Positions 54,601-64,000 of a DNA stretch of 64,000 nucleotides are shown here, piece after piece. The notes below the pieces were generated by a model, which saw only the letters and a program-made list of their open reading frames with translations, did no database searches and had not been told where the DNA came from. The position numbers were made by a program, and so were the translations under genes. This DNA comes from Podarcis vaucheri (Eukaryota), in assembly GCA_965113315.1 (NCBI GenBank), contig OZ220373.1. The stretch is one strand, 5' to 3'. Positions within the stretch are counted from its first letter, which is position 1, and each line of letters begins with the position of its first letter.

Positions 54601-57600
54601 TGCCTTTGGGCATCGCATGGGCATCTGCTTGCCCACTATTGGAAGCAAGATGCTGGAGGACATGACTGTGCTCTCATCTAGAAGGTCACTTTTGGGGGCG
54701 TTGTACAGATTTCAAAGTTGGCTGCTTTTCTTAAAGTGAATTTAATCCCACCTAAACCCAGTTTTCTACAACATCAAAGATAGTGGGGCGAGATTCAACT
54801 GATGGTCCCTTTTTGCAACTGCTTGGCACTCTTCTCTGTGCTGATCAATGAAGAGGGAGGAATCCTAAAGGATCCTGTGCTGCTGGTGTTTTGCCCTTGC
54901 TATTTGGAGCTAACAGAAGCTCCAGGTTGCTACAGCATGCAAGAGCTATCAGTTTAATTCTTCCCAGCACCCTCAATGCAGCACCACTCTGGAACAATGC
55001 TGCATTCAAAGTCATTAGGGAAAGATTAAAGTGACACTTCCTCACTGCAATCACTTGGAATCTTCTCAATGCCAAGCAGCTGAAGAGTGCATAGGTAGCA
55101 GTGGTGCATAAGTATCAGTGGTGGTGGGCATTTGCCTGACTGTGCTATGTGCTGATACTGAACCTGATTCTCTAGCCCCTGGTATTCAAAGCATGCTGCC
55201 TCTAATCATATGTACTGCTTTGGGCACATTTATGTGGAAAAGTAGCATACAAGTCTAAATAATAAAAATAAAATAATGACAAGTATTGCCATGGCGGGTA
55301 TATCCTGCAGAATAAAGTTTGTTCCTATATCAACATATTGGTTCTGTTATTAAGCTACACCTTGTATTGTCTAAAGAAGTAATGTTACAGAAACCATATG
55401 GTCACACCCTTTATTACTCCAGCTCAGGAGACCACAAGGGAGAGGATGCCCTATAGGAGTGCTTCCCTTCATCAGGCAAAAGGAACATTGTGCCATTATG
55501 TCACAAGCACCTCCCAGAGCTAATGCAGGAAGTAAACACACAAAAGCAGAAGCATTTTGAGTAAAGTTATTACGCGACGGTTTCTGAAGCTTATGTATAC
55601 AGGCATAACCTTTTATCAAGGCTCCTGGAATGTCTCTTATCACATTTCTCAGATCTTAAAATTATCAGTTGTCTATTTATTTATTTATTAAATTTCCGTT
55701 TCACCCTTCCTCCTAAAGGAGTCCAAGATGACTAACGTAAAGAAGTTGCAAGCTTTTGGGGCCTCTGTTTTTGTTCCTCAAAATGCTCCTGTTTGGTGTC
55801 GTGGCAAGGAAGTGAAGATGTAGAAGAAAAAAGTTAAGACGTCTAGAAGAAAATTGTATTAAACTGACACACAGAAAATACTGGGTGGGAAGTTTTTTTG
55901 GGATCTGGTGGATATGTATAACATAAACAACTGAGGATCCATTTCTCACACAGTCAGATATTTCGTCTAAGGCTGGCATGTATGAATGGCTTAGCTTTAG
56001 AATCTCATACCCAAAGAATGGCATATTAAAGGTCCTCAATGTTGACATGGGACATGACAGCAAAGGAGTTTAACTTTGTTCCTACTATGAAACAAGTGCT
56101 AATGGCACCACCCATCTGCAGCAACCACATTTGCCAGTGTTGTTAAATTGGGGTGACTGTAGTAGCAGAGGGATGGGGAATACGTGATGGGGAATACACG
56201 GTTGTTCTATAATTTGTTATTAATCAGTTGAAAATTGGTTCCACCAGCATGTAAAATGGCAGCATGTGTGCCATACTGTTTTGCCACCAAGTACTAAGTC
56301 ATCTTTTGCAAAGGGATCAAATACTTATTTCACTTACTATAATGCACATCCATCTCCGTCTTCTGTCTTCTGGGTTTCTGGGGTTTTTCCTGTTGTTATT
56401 CTGTCTCTCACAGCTACAATAAACCTACCATTAAAATTATGGACCGGTCATTTCTTCGTCAGAGGGCAAATGGGCAAATTTAGCAGGGGATCAAACACTC
56501 CCCCCCCTCACTGTATATGTGTATGCAAGTATGCCTATACAGAGCTGATTTAGGATCAATACACCTGCCTACATTTATAGATTATCGTTGGGAGCATGGC
56601 TATGATGCCATGGTGAACTCAAGCACTTTGAAGTTTCCTATACCACTGGAAATTAAGGTTAGGGTATTAGAGGTCACTGATTGTAGAAGAAAGCCAATTC
56701 TAGGAAGCCCTGGGTGTTCTAATATTGGCTTTAAACTACAGATTGATTATTAGGTATTGACTGTGATCTTTCATATATGTCCTATTGATGAGACCATTAC
56801 ATTTATTTATTTTTTTGTATACACATATATTAATATTAAAGTTAATATCATACCACAAAAGCAGCAAGACTCCTTGGTGGTGAATCCCAGTCAAAGCAAC
56901 TGTTTATATAGTAGGCGGCATTTACAAGAACCATGACGCAACGCTTCATCCGCATGAAGTTCCTTAGAAGAAGCTGGAGGAAAGAAACGTAGAATGTGTC
57001 GGCTCAGTTTGTGCATTTTAGCTATGAAAACGGCTCACAACACATTTCAACCGAAAATTCTGTTCTGTACAGACAAGATTTTGTATTGCACTAAAGGGGA
57101 AAACTCATTATCTAGATATTTATCAGTATTATCAGTATTTGTAGGCTTGCACTGTTCTGCTGTACAGCATGAAAATAATTTAAATGACAGTACAATTGTA
57201 CCTACTAATGTTTCCTTCTCAATCTTTAAACACACTCTAAGAACTGAGATCCAGAGATTTAATATATCAACCTACATTTTTTGCACTGGAGTTGGCTGAA
57301 TCAGTTTCTGATACTAAAGAGATGACTGCTGAGAAACCACATATGCAGTTCTTTGTAATTATCTCTGAGGAAACTGAAGTAACTTTTCCCATGTAATCTG
57401 TGAAACTACAATACGTTTCATGAAAAGGATGAACAAGTAGATTTTTAAGAAATTATGTTTTAAAACGAATAGTTGAGTACCAAGAAGTTCAACTGGAGAC
57501 GAACTCACTAACTTTTACGAAACTTACATTTTACAGTATTAGGTTATATTCACTAATTCAAGATCTCTGATATTTAAGAAAAGAACTTGCTCTAAGGAGA

Positions 57601-60600
57601 TTCTTATACTACAAACCAAGGTTTGATACTATTCATTGATTAGTAATAGTCATAAGTTCCTTGCTACTATTTTTCTAGCCATTTCTGAGCAGCACCTATA
57701 CATCTGGAAAAATAGGTATTGTATACTCCCCACCACCACACCGCAAGGCACGCCTGCTTACTTTCTGATAATGGAAGTGTTATATTGCTGCTTATAAAAT
57801 CTCTGTACTGATGATTTCATGCAATAATTATAAAACACTGAACAGCACACAAATAAGATTCTACAAAGAAGAGTTTAGTGTTTGACTCTTCAGTGACCAA
57901 CATTCTTATCCTCCAGAAGGAAACATGAACATCATGGCTGCAAGATTTTAAAAATTATTTAAGTTGAAAGCATTCAGTAGGATTGCACTTTTGAAAACAG
58001 TTACTGCTGGTAAATATTGCAGCAATTAGTTAGTAAACATGAATGAAAAAGAAAAATCTTGTCAATCATGTTGCAGAATCAATGGGATTTTATATATTTG
58101 CCTAAGTTAAGTTTCTAATAAGCACCTTAAAAGGAGGACTAAGAGAACAAAAGGCTGATACATACCATAATCCAAAACAATATGGGAGTTCCTCCAGGTC
58201 AAAGTTGGCCACCAAAATTTATGCTAGACTAAGTTTACAGCCACCTGTGCTATAACCTGATACATGGGGGCAGACTGACAACTTTAATTAGAGTTATCAT
58301 GCACACATTTTACAAATAACTAAATCTGGCAGAAAGGGATTTAGAAGACTTAAAAATCTGCATTTGTGCAAATTTTATTTGATAACTCCAGATACGTTTT
58401 TCAATATAAATGAGATGTGCTATTCTCTTAGTTAATCAATGCTTGACAAAATATAGTCATAAGGTTTCACTTGATATTCTATTGGGAATAAATAATAGTT
58501 TCCAACTCTTTACCTGTTTAGAAATTCTGTTTTCTTCTTCAATATACTTCTGTTCTTTGGGCATTAACGTTCGGAAGCTGGCTTTCACCTATATATCAAA
58601 ATATATTGTTTAGGGACTGAAAACTGCACAAATATCTATAGAATCATCACTGTAGCATTTCAAAGTCATGGGGCCAAGACTATAATCCAGAAATGTGAGG
58701 CAGAGAAACTTATGCTTGTGTATACATTAGCAGCAGTAGTAGCAAAGTGGGTGTCTCAGCCAGTGGCAGAAGAGCATTCNNNNNNNNNNNNNNNNNNNNN
58801 NNNNNNNNNNNNNNNNNNNNNNNNNNNNNNNNNNNNNNNNNNNNNNNNNNNNNNNNNNNNNNNNNNNNNNNNNNNNNNNNNNNNNNNNNNNNNNNNNNNN
58901 NNNNNNNNNNNNNNNNNNNNNNNNNNNNNNNNNNNNNNNNNNNNNNNNNNNNNNNNNNNNNNNNNNNNNNNNNNNNNNNNNNNNNNNNNNNNNNNNNNNN
59001 NNNNNNNNNNNNNNNNNNNNNNNNNNNNNNNNNNNNNNNNNNNNNNNNNNNNNNNNNNNNNNNNNNNNNNNNNNNNNNNNNNNNNNNNNNNNNNNNNNNN
59101 NNNNNNNNNNNNNNNNNNNNNNNNNNNNNNNNNNNNNNNNNNNNNNNNNNNNNNNNNNNNNNNNNNNNNNNNNNNNNNNNNNNNNNNNNNNNNNNNNNNN
59201 NNNNNNNNNNNNNNNNNNNNNNNNNNNNNNNNNNNNNNNNNNNNNNNNNNNNNNNAGACAGCCCTGATTTTTTTTTCCACGAGCATAAAAATATACAGAG
59301 CAGTGCATTAACCAAATAATAATAATAAACTTACAGACAACAATGGTATAGCCACTTTGCCCAGGAAGTCAGCACTCCGATCTCGGTCTTCGTCATAAAC
59401 TGTCACTTCAAGAACTGAGTGGATATCCTTAATATTGCTATGAAAGTGATAGGGCAGAACAGAGGTAGGAAAGTCACCTAACTGAATCATTATCAAGGCA
59501 AATGCATTAACAAGTTAGAGGAAAATGAAAAGCTGCGTGGATTTTTAGAAGTGTAAACTAGAAAAAGGGAGTTAAAAAGAGGGCATGAATTGAAATAGAA
59601 ATGTCCAGGAATGCAACTCAGGCATGATACCGATCATTTCATGACTGGGCATGCATTATACAACCTACAAGAAGCACAAGAAAGCCTTTCATTAATACTT
59701 ACCCTGATCTAGTGTACTGAATAAGTGATACGTTTGCAGAGTTAGAAAGCAAGATTGCAATCAAAAAGCACTTGAAATTTAAAATGGACATGACCAGATC
59801 CTTGGTGGGTTTCATATAGACACCCCCTCCCCAAAAAAACCCAATCAAATTGTTGCCACCAGATTTAGAAGCCATTAAGAGGTTTCCAGAGTTCTCACTT
59901 TCTCCATTCCTTAAACTGCTACAGTGTTTCAACTTTCTGGTATTAAATTGTATGCCAGCTAGGCTGCATTCAGATGTAAACATAAATCATGGTTTAGTAG
60001 GAAAAGAATGTTAGGTCTAGGCTGCTACCAGGTTCACACACGTCCCCCTTCCCTTTGGTTGTTTAGCATGCTGCGCTTGGGCAAGTTATATGAACCCCTA
60101 AACTGTGGTTAGTCTTAATTATTATTAGTAAAAAAAAAAAGTTAGTTTCCTAAATACTAGAAGCTGGTTTGTTTTCACTAACTATAGCTAAGTTCGACCA
60201 CAGCTTGTCCACATTCAGATGACATTGCAAGCCACAGTTAACCTAAGATGGAAGTAAATCCTCCTAAAGCCCGCATGGCTGTGCCAGAGGAGGGATGAAA
60301 TGTGCAAGCCTGAAGATTCGTAAGGTTCAGTCTTTCAACCTTTAAATATGGTTTAATTATGAGTTAGTTGGCATGCAGTGCTGAGCCAAACTATAGCTTA
60401 GCGTGAATGAGAGGGTCCTCAAAGAGGAGATTGTGCCTGATGCAAGCCTCTTCCAGACCTCTTGCGGCCACGCTTCTTCTCCATACAAACCCCAAGAATA
60501 AGCCTTAGTTCCAAGATCATGGTTTGTCTAGAGAAGACATGACCCCAAATTTGGATGACTAAGTCAAACAATGACTTAGCTTACACCATCAGGACCAGAG

Positions 60601-63000
60601 GAAGAACAAAGCAGCTGCATGGAATTTTCTTCCCAAGAGCAGGCATAGGCAAACTCGGCCCTCCAGATGTTTTGGGACTACAACTCCCATCATCCCTGAC
60701 CACTGGTCCTGTTAGCTAGGGATGATGGGAGTTGTAGTCTCAAAACAGCTGGAGGGCTGAGTTTGCCTATGCCTGCCCAAGAGCCTGCATGTTCACGCTA
60801 AACTATAGCTTGGCCCTTATGTCTAAACAAGCTGCATGTGTACTTTTATAAATATTTAGGTGCTACTGATATTTACTTTGGAAAAATAATTAGCACTTCA
60901 TATCCAGTTAATACGTAGAGGAATGTGGCATAATCAACTTTGAAAAATATATACAAGTAAGGAGTGGGGCAAAAATCAAAGATTAAAGATGTGTGACTCA
61001 TGATATATTGCATTCAAGATAATTTGCAATAGTTAACTGAGATGTTGTATAATGAAATAATGGGGGTTGATTGTTGGAACTTTTGCATATAAACAAAATT
61101 TGCAATGAATGCAGCATATTTTGCAAATACACAGAATACTGAAGGGGACGCACCCCTTAATACACACCTCTTCACCCTGGAATTGAACACTTGAGGTGTA
61201 TATTTTTGACTCACCTTATTTTTTGATTGTAAGGTGTTTTAGGCAGTTTTAATATTCTGTTTTAATGTTATACCCCGCCCTGGGACCTTATGGTGAAGGG
61301 CAAATAATAAACAAACAAACAAATAACAATAATGATAACAATTAAATTGATAGCTTATTGTTGTGTTTCTTCAATCTCACAAAGAAAGGGGGGAAGGGGG
61401 TTAAACAGATCTTACAGGCTACATAGTAAGTATTAACTTGGTTCTTATAAAACAAAAAATGTAGAAGGCGACTGCCTGAACACACATAAGACTAAAGCTT
61501 CCAGCTGGGAACATTTAGTGGATAGTGAACAGCAAAAACAAACAAACCTGAAACAGATTTACTTTCTCTTTGTGTTGTAGTGCAATTGGAGCAGCCATAG
61601 AAAAAGAAGATGCTTGATTCTTTAATTTTTAAATGTTTCAAAATATTGCCACTGAGAAACTATTAAGTACTGAAGTAATTTTCCATCACAAAGAGTGTTT
61701 CATAAATAGAAGTTTCACAGAATTCTAAAGTTGTAATGCAACTCATCTAGCACAGCGCCCTGATGCTAGAGAAAACCCCTTTGATTAGGGCTTTTAATCT
61801 AAAATATCATCTTCAATCCAACAGACCGGAGATCAGAACATTACAAAAAGCAAAGGAATGAGCATAATTAATAAGAGGGGGGAAATAAGATCTTCCAGAA
61901 GAATAAGCCTCTTAATATTCTTTCCTATATCCAGCTCCCATTCATTATGTGAATAATCATAGTAACAGAGCTTTAGGTTTGTGTGGCCAACAATCTGCTG
62001 TTCAGAATACTGTGTAGCCCAACCCTCTGTCACCAGGCAGGGTTTCACGTGCTGTACTACTGAGCAATGGCTTTCACCTATAATCACAACAGGCCTTCAT
62101 TCCCCACCCCCACAAACCACTGGCTTAGTAGAGACAGTGAGAATTTCATCCTGCTCACCTTTTAAAGTTAATAAACCAAATTCACACCTCCAGGATAAAT
62201 GCACCAAGGAAAACAATATATAAAAGTTCCAATAATATTTCCATACTTCACTGTCACTTTATCCACTCTAACTTTTTGTTTACCTCTATGGTTCCTCCCC
62301 TCCCCTCCCCTCCCCTCTAAAATTAATTCAGAGGAATAATCTCAATATAATGAAGGAGCCAACAGGTCTAGCATTCAAGACACTATACAGTATGAGGGTC
62401 AACAAATGTTCAGGATTCTCAGACTCTGCCCTACAGTTCTAAATGCAAGAGAGGATCATTGTGAAAGAAAATCAGCATTATTCTGAGTCCAATATTGGTG
62501 AGTTCGCTTACTCACATTTAAAGTTAAAATAACATGCATGGGGTTATATTGGACATCTTCGTTGGCATCAACTTGGTAGCAGCAGTGTGGGTGGTCAGGA
62601 ATATGAGTAAAACTGCCCAATAAATTCTAAAAATTATTGGAATGAACATTAAAAAGTTTCAGCCTAGTAGCTGCACAGCAGTATACTATGGTACCTTCAA
62701 AGTATATTGACATTTGGAGTATCATCACTCAGAAGGCAAAATCAAAGAGAGAAATTATCTACTTTATACTTCTGTTCGTTCCAATGAAATCTCTTGTTCC
62801 ACTTAAGAAATCAAAGCAATTTAGCTTTATCTTGATAGCTTTGAAATGATTAGCCAGGTATACAAGTAAAATTCAAAAGTGAAACATTAAGACTTACAAT
62901 GTGAAGATCTTGTTCCATTCAGGATTAAGATTCTTGTACACCGTATGGGTCAGCAGTCTATCATTGTTCAACTCAACTACACAAAATGGATCACTTTTAC
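13801..63000 (-). CDS. MCTP1: MCTP1 partial multi-exon CDS: join(63000-62898, 59437-59335, [exon expected in N gap], 58588-58514, 56973-56854, 25000-24881, 13854-13801); gene continues beyond both window edges
   Basis: Spliced translation [69 protein letters not shown]/.../[123 protein letters not shown] matches vertebrate MCTP1 as I recall it. All splice sites are GT-AG and the phases agree. Confidence 0.96.
14085..15160. repeat. Degenerate copies of an old MITE-like family rich in aaccatggtt/aactatggct motifs; relatives at ~9150-9290 and ~59960-60830
   Basis: Recurring catagtttggtttagcatg / aaactatggcttag / aaccgtag motifs in both orientations. Confidence 0.4.
16310..16631. mobile_element. 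Tc1/mariner-superfamily (Tigger-like) MITE, family A copy 1
   Basis: TA|cagtggtgccccacaagacgaa ... ttcgtcttgcggggcaccactg|TA; internal cgtcttgc repeats; CpGs retained. Confidence 0.9.
17877..18144. mobile_element. Degenerate hAT-like MITE
   Basis: Imperfect termini gcggtggtgactg...cagccttcactg; GC-richer than the flanks. Confidence 0.45.
18387..18545 (+). mobile_element. Tc1-like transposon terminal fragment
   Basis: TA|cagttgtaattgaaattattcaactccc...gcaaatcaggtttatt resembles the left end of vertebrate Tc1 elements; no second end found. Confidence 0.6.
21660..21900. mobile_element. Tc1/mariner-superfamily (Tigger-like) MITE, family B
   Basis: TA|cagtggtacctcaggtta...taacctgaggtaccactg|TA; internal taacctgaag repeats. 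Confidence 0.9.
22959..23094. mobile_element. Palindromic hAT (Charlie-like) MITE, copy 1
   Basis: caggcataggcaaact...agtttgcctatgcctg; almost the whole element is an inverted repeat; TSD ttctagaa/ttctagac fits the nTCTAGAn Charlie target. Confidence 0.9.
24881..25000 (-). CDS. MCTP1: MCTP1 exon, 120 nt, hydrophobic/transmembrane segment: [40 protein letters not shown]
   Basis: Acceptor ttctctttggttccag|CTG, donor ACG|gtaagt; phase 0/0. Confidence 0.95.
27895..28530 (+). mobile_element. RTE-clade LINE reverse-transcriptase relic (internal deletion and frameshifts)
   Basis: ORF 27895..28275 [22 protein letters not shown]....[21 protein letters not shown]...DGVY....GGLFNLA; ORF 28103..28570 ..LDSTITSN...[11 protein letters not shown]...[12 protein letters not shown]. 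Both are typical of the RTE RT. Confidence 0.88.
30125..30240 (-). mobile_element. Short RTE RT fragment in opposite orientation
   Basis: Its reverse complement (tccttccacaagaacatgcatggcaccatccagtatgat...ataaagagtgttgtgaaacagagc) matches 28014-28102. Confidence 0.75.
31915..32135 (+). mobile_element. CR1-type LINE (or CR1-tailed SINE) 3' fragment
   Basis: ggaacaggatcctgaactagatggggctttggtctgatcctgcaggattcttctcatcttat is the typical squamate CR1-type 3' end. Confidence 0.65.
37008..37135. mobile_element. Diverged relative of the palindromic hAT MITE; another partial relative at ~36549-36630
   Basis: ggggaacctctgggcctccag...actacaattccc...gggacttgta...ctggaggccc. Confidence 0.65.
37672..37950 (-). 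mobile_element. CR1-type LINE 3' fragment
   Basis: cataagacagtaagaagatccctgctggatc...ccttatagtcttatcctccatgaattggtctaatcctcttttaaagcca is the reverse complement of the same 3' end. Confidence 0.7.
38121..38407. mobile_element. Tc1/mariner-superfamily MITE, family A copy 2
   Basis: TA|cagtggtaccttgcaagacgaa...ttcgtcttgcggggcaccactg|TA; homologous to 16310-16631 and in the same orientation. Confidence 0.9.
38506..40265. mobile_element. L2-clade LINE relic: minus-strand 3' tail (38506-~38660) joined to plus-strand RT body (~38661-40265)
   Basis: ORF 39609..40052 (LKLNPVKTE..., [30 protein letters not shown]) and tatgctgatgacactcag (YADDTQ) at ~39558. The tail is the reverse complement of ...gtgaaccaccctgag...gggtggtatataaattcaataaataaa. 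Confidence 0.9.
38915..39037. mobile_element. hAT (Blackjack-like) MITE nested in the L2
   Basis: TIRs taaggttaccag...ctggtaacttta; perfect 8-bp TSD ctctttat (38907-38914, 39038-39045). Confidence 0.88.
40400..40745. mobile_element. Penelope-like element-derived inverted repeat
   Basis: Arms ...gcaccttcagaactaaacacatttattatggcataa...ccacttcatcagatgca and tgcatctgatgaagtgg...gaaagcttatg...atttgttaatgtttaaagggctacaagac are inverted copies of a PLE terminal repeat. Confidence 0.7.
40661..40703 (+). ncRNA. Minimal hammerhead ribozyme-like motif (PLE type), probably decayed
   Basis: GCAU-CUGAUGA-a-GUGG(auuccaga)CCAU-GAAA-GC-UU-AUGU: core boxes, helix II, palindromic AAGCUU helix III, and helix I GCAU/AUGU. 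Confidence 0.6.
48619..48650. repeat. (CA)16 microsatellite
   Basis: Direct reading. Confidence 0.97.
51051..51186. mobile_element. hAT-type MITE
   Basis: Termini cggagcttttttt...aaaaacagcactg; degenerate 8-bp TSD atggcaag/gtggcgag. Confidence 0.65.
53722..53773. repeat. Compound (AAT)n(GAT)n microsatellite
   Basis: aataataatgatgatgatg...; explains the poly-His ORF 53651..53836. Confidence 0.9.
54500..54695 (+). mobile_element. Degenerate CR1-tailed SINE/LINE fragment
   Basis: gggcatctgcttgcccactattggaagcaagatgctgga...tcatctagaaggtcactt resembles the 3' end at 32040-32135. Confidence 0.45.
56854..56973 (-). CDS. MCTP1: MCTP1 exon, 120 nt: [40 protein letters not shown]
   Basis: Acceptor tttctttcctccag|CTT, donor GTG|gtatga; phase 0/0; contains the [10 protein letters not shown] motif. 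Confidence 0.95.
58514..58588 (-). CDS. MCTP1: MCTP1 exon, 75 nt: [25 protein letters not shown]
   Basis: Acceptor tttgatatatag|GTG, donor CAG|gtaaag; phase 0/0. Confidence 0.93.
58780..59255. other. Assembly gap (~476 N)
   Basis: Run of n characters. Confidence 0.99.
59335..59437 (-). CDS. MCTP1: MCTP1 exon, 103 nt, C2C domain: [34 protein letters not shown]
   Basis: Acceptor cactttcatag|CAATATT, donor TCT|gtaagt. Contains the C2 calcium-loop motif VYDED...DFLG; lies inside ORF 59308..59496. Confidence 0.96.
60640..60775. mobile_element. Palindromic hAT MITE, copy 2, nested in an older repeat
   Basis: Same family as 22959-23094; perfect 8-bp TSD cccaagag (60632-60639, 60776-60783). Confidence 0.92.
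61215..61345 (+). mobile_element. L2-type 3' tail fragment; similar tails at ~55190-55278 (+) and ~55672-55740 (-)
   Basis: T-rich UTR, then ccgccctgggaccttatggtgaagggc and an (AAAC/AAT)n tail. Confidence 0.55.
62898..63000 (-). CDS. MCTP1: MCTP1 exon, 103 nt, C2C domain: (G)[33 protein letters not shown](F)
   Basis: Acceptor cttttcccag|GTAAAAGTGAT, donor ACATT|gtaagt. Contains the C2 SDPF and LNPEWN motifs. The split codon TT+C joins the next exon. Confidence 0.95.
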
Positions 63001-63467
63001 CTGGGAAAAGACCATTTAACAATATTATGAATACTTTGCAACTTAAAATTATCTTCACATTCTATGTACGGCAACTTGAATTCACACTGTAACAGTGAAA
63101 GCAACCTGCATGTTTACTCACTAATTCTGCAGTGGAACAAGACATACATAAGTTTTAGAGTGTCAAATGCTGATCAACAGATCAAAAATTATTTGGACAG
63201 CTAGAAAACTAAGGAAACAGGGCCTAGTTTTGATAACAAATCCGTTTTGCACAATGCAGAGAGCAAGGTTTGGGTTTAATTTTGGAGTAATGAAATATGG
63301 TTGTGCTAGGGGGGGGAAATAAAACATTAGTAAGTCTACCAATTTTATTTCCCTTTGAAAATAACTAATTTCACCATTCATGTTGCCTTTAATTTAATTT
63401 AGGCTTCAATTCTACAAACATTTAAATTAATACTTACTAGAGAGTAAATCTCATTGAACTCTATGTT

Positions 63468-63878
63468 CAGGGACGCGGACTTATAAAAAATATTGGGGGG
63501 GCCGGGAAAGCTCGTGAAATGCAAATAAGCTCATGAATATGCAAATAAGCTCATGAATATGCAAATAAAGTGGCGCCGCCCCCTCGTGAGCGAATAGGGG
63601 AGAGCGTGCTGCTGCCTATTTATCAGCTCCGGAACAGCTGATATGCGGGAAACCTGGGGCTAGAGGCAGGAGCCCCCGCCCCCGGGGATTCCCTAATCTC
63701 GCGGGGGACGGCCGGGGCTCTCCGGCTAGGGCTGCGGCTGGCTGGCTGGCGAGGGAGCAGGTGGGGAGGAGGCAGGGGACGGCGGCGGCGCCCGAGATTA
63801 TTGGGGGGGCTGAGCCCCCCCCAAATTTTTTTTGAGGGGGCTCAAGCCCCCTCAAGCCCCATGGAGTCGGCGCCTATG
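63468..63878. mobile_element. Young GC/CpG-rich non-autonomous hAT (Tip100-like) element
   Basis: Imperfect TIRs cagggacgcggact / agtcggcgcctatg; perfect 8-bp TSD tctatgtt (63460-63467, 63879-63886); gcccc subterminal repeats. Confidence 0.88.
63511..63566 (+). promoter_or_regulatory. Tandem 20-bp repeat with three octamer motifs (ATGCAAAT), two of them as CTCATGAATATGCAAAT
   Basis: ctcgtgaaATGCAAATaagCTCATGAatATGCAAATaagCTCATGAatATGCAAAT read directly; function is unproven. Confidence 0.5.
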
Positions 63879-64000
63879 TCTATGTTGCCAAGTTAAGTGT
63901 TATAATTATCCAACGTAATATAACAATGTATTAATGCCAATTTCCATCTGAATTCATATTTCAGATACCACAGTGAATTTCCATCAAGGAAACTCTTCCC

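Noticed and set aside
57808-57841. ctgatga...ctga resembling snoRNA C/D boxes
   Set aside because: Spacing too short, on the strand opposite the host gene, and no terminal stem.
58710-59319. Long ORFs of 176-201 aa in several frames
   Set aside because: Artefacts of the N gap translated as X.
59696-59710. Strong minus-strand donor-like site CAGG|gtaagta
   Set aside because: No convincing acceptor partner or MCTP1-like coding sequence; the flanking exons already join correctly.
63570-63800. CpG-rich stretch as an ancestral gene promoter or CpG island
   Set aside because: Entirely inside a TIR/TSD-bounded transposon; treated as TE cargo.

Overview
AT-rich vertebrate genomic DNA; the repeat content points to a squamate, probably a lacertid lizard (inference). 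The whole window lies inside one minus-strand gene, MCTP1 (multiple C2 and transmembrane domain protein 1). Six coding exons are visible with canonical AG/GT sites and consistent phases: 62898-63000, 59335-59437, 58514-58588, 56854-56973, 24881-25000 and 13801-13854. They encode the third C2 domain, the first hydrophobic segment and the acidic linker. One expected ~102-nt exon is absent and most likely sits in the ~476-nt N gap (58780-~59255). The introns carry many transposon relics: mariner/Tigger/Tc1 elements, hAT MITEs with 8-bp TSDs, CR1/L2/RTE LINE fragments, a Penelope-derived inverted repeat and microsatellites. Almost all ORFs in the supplied track are chance or TE-derived. I found no convincing new multi-gene system. 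The best leads are an L2-type LINE with a twin-priming-like 5' inversion, a minimal hammerhead ribozyme motif, a young hAT element carrying tandem IgH-type heptamer-octamer sites, a candidate poison exon, and possible long-range NR2F1 enhancers in the 32-kb intron. Family assignments rest on recognition from memory, not on database searches.
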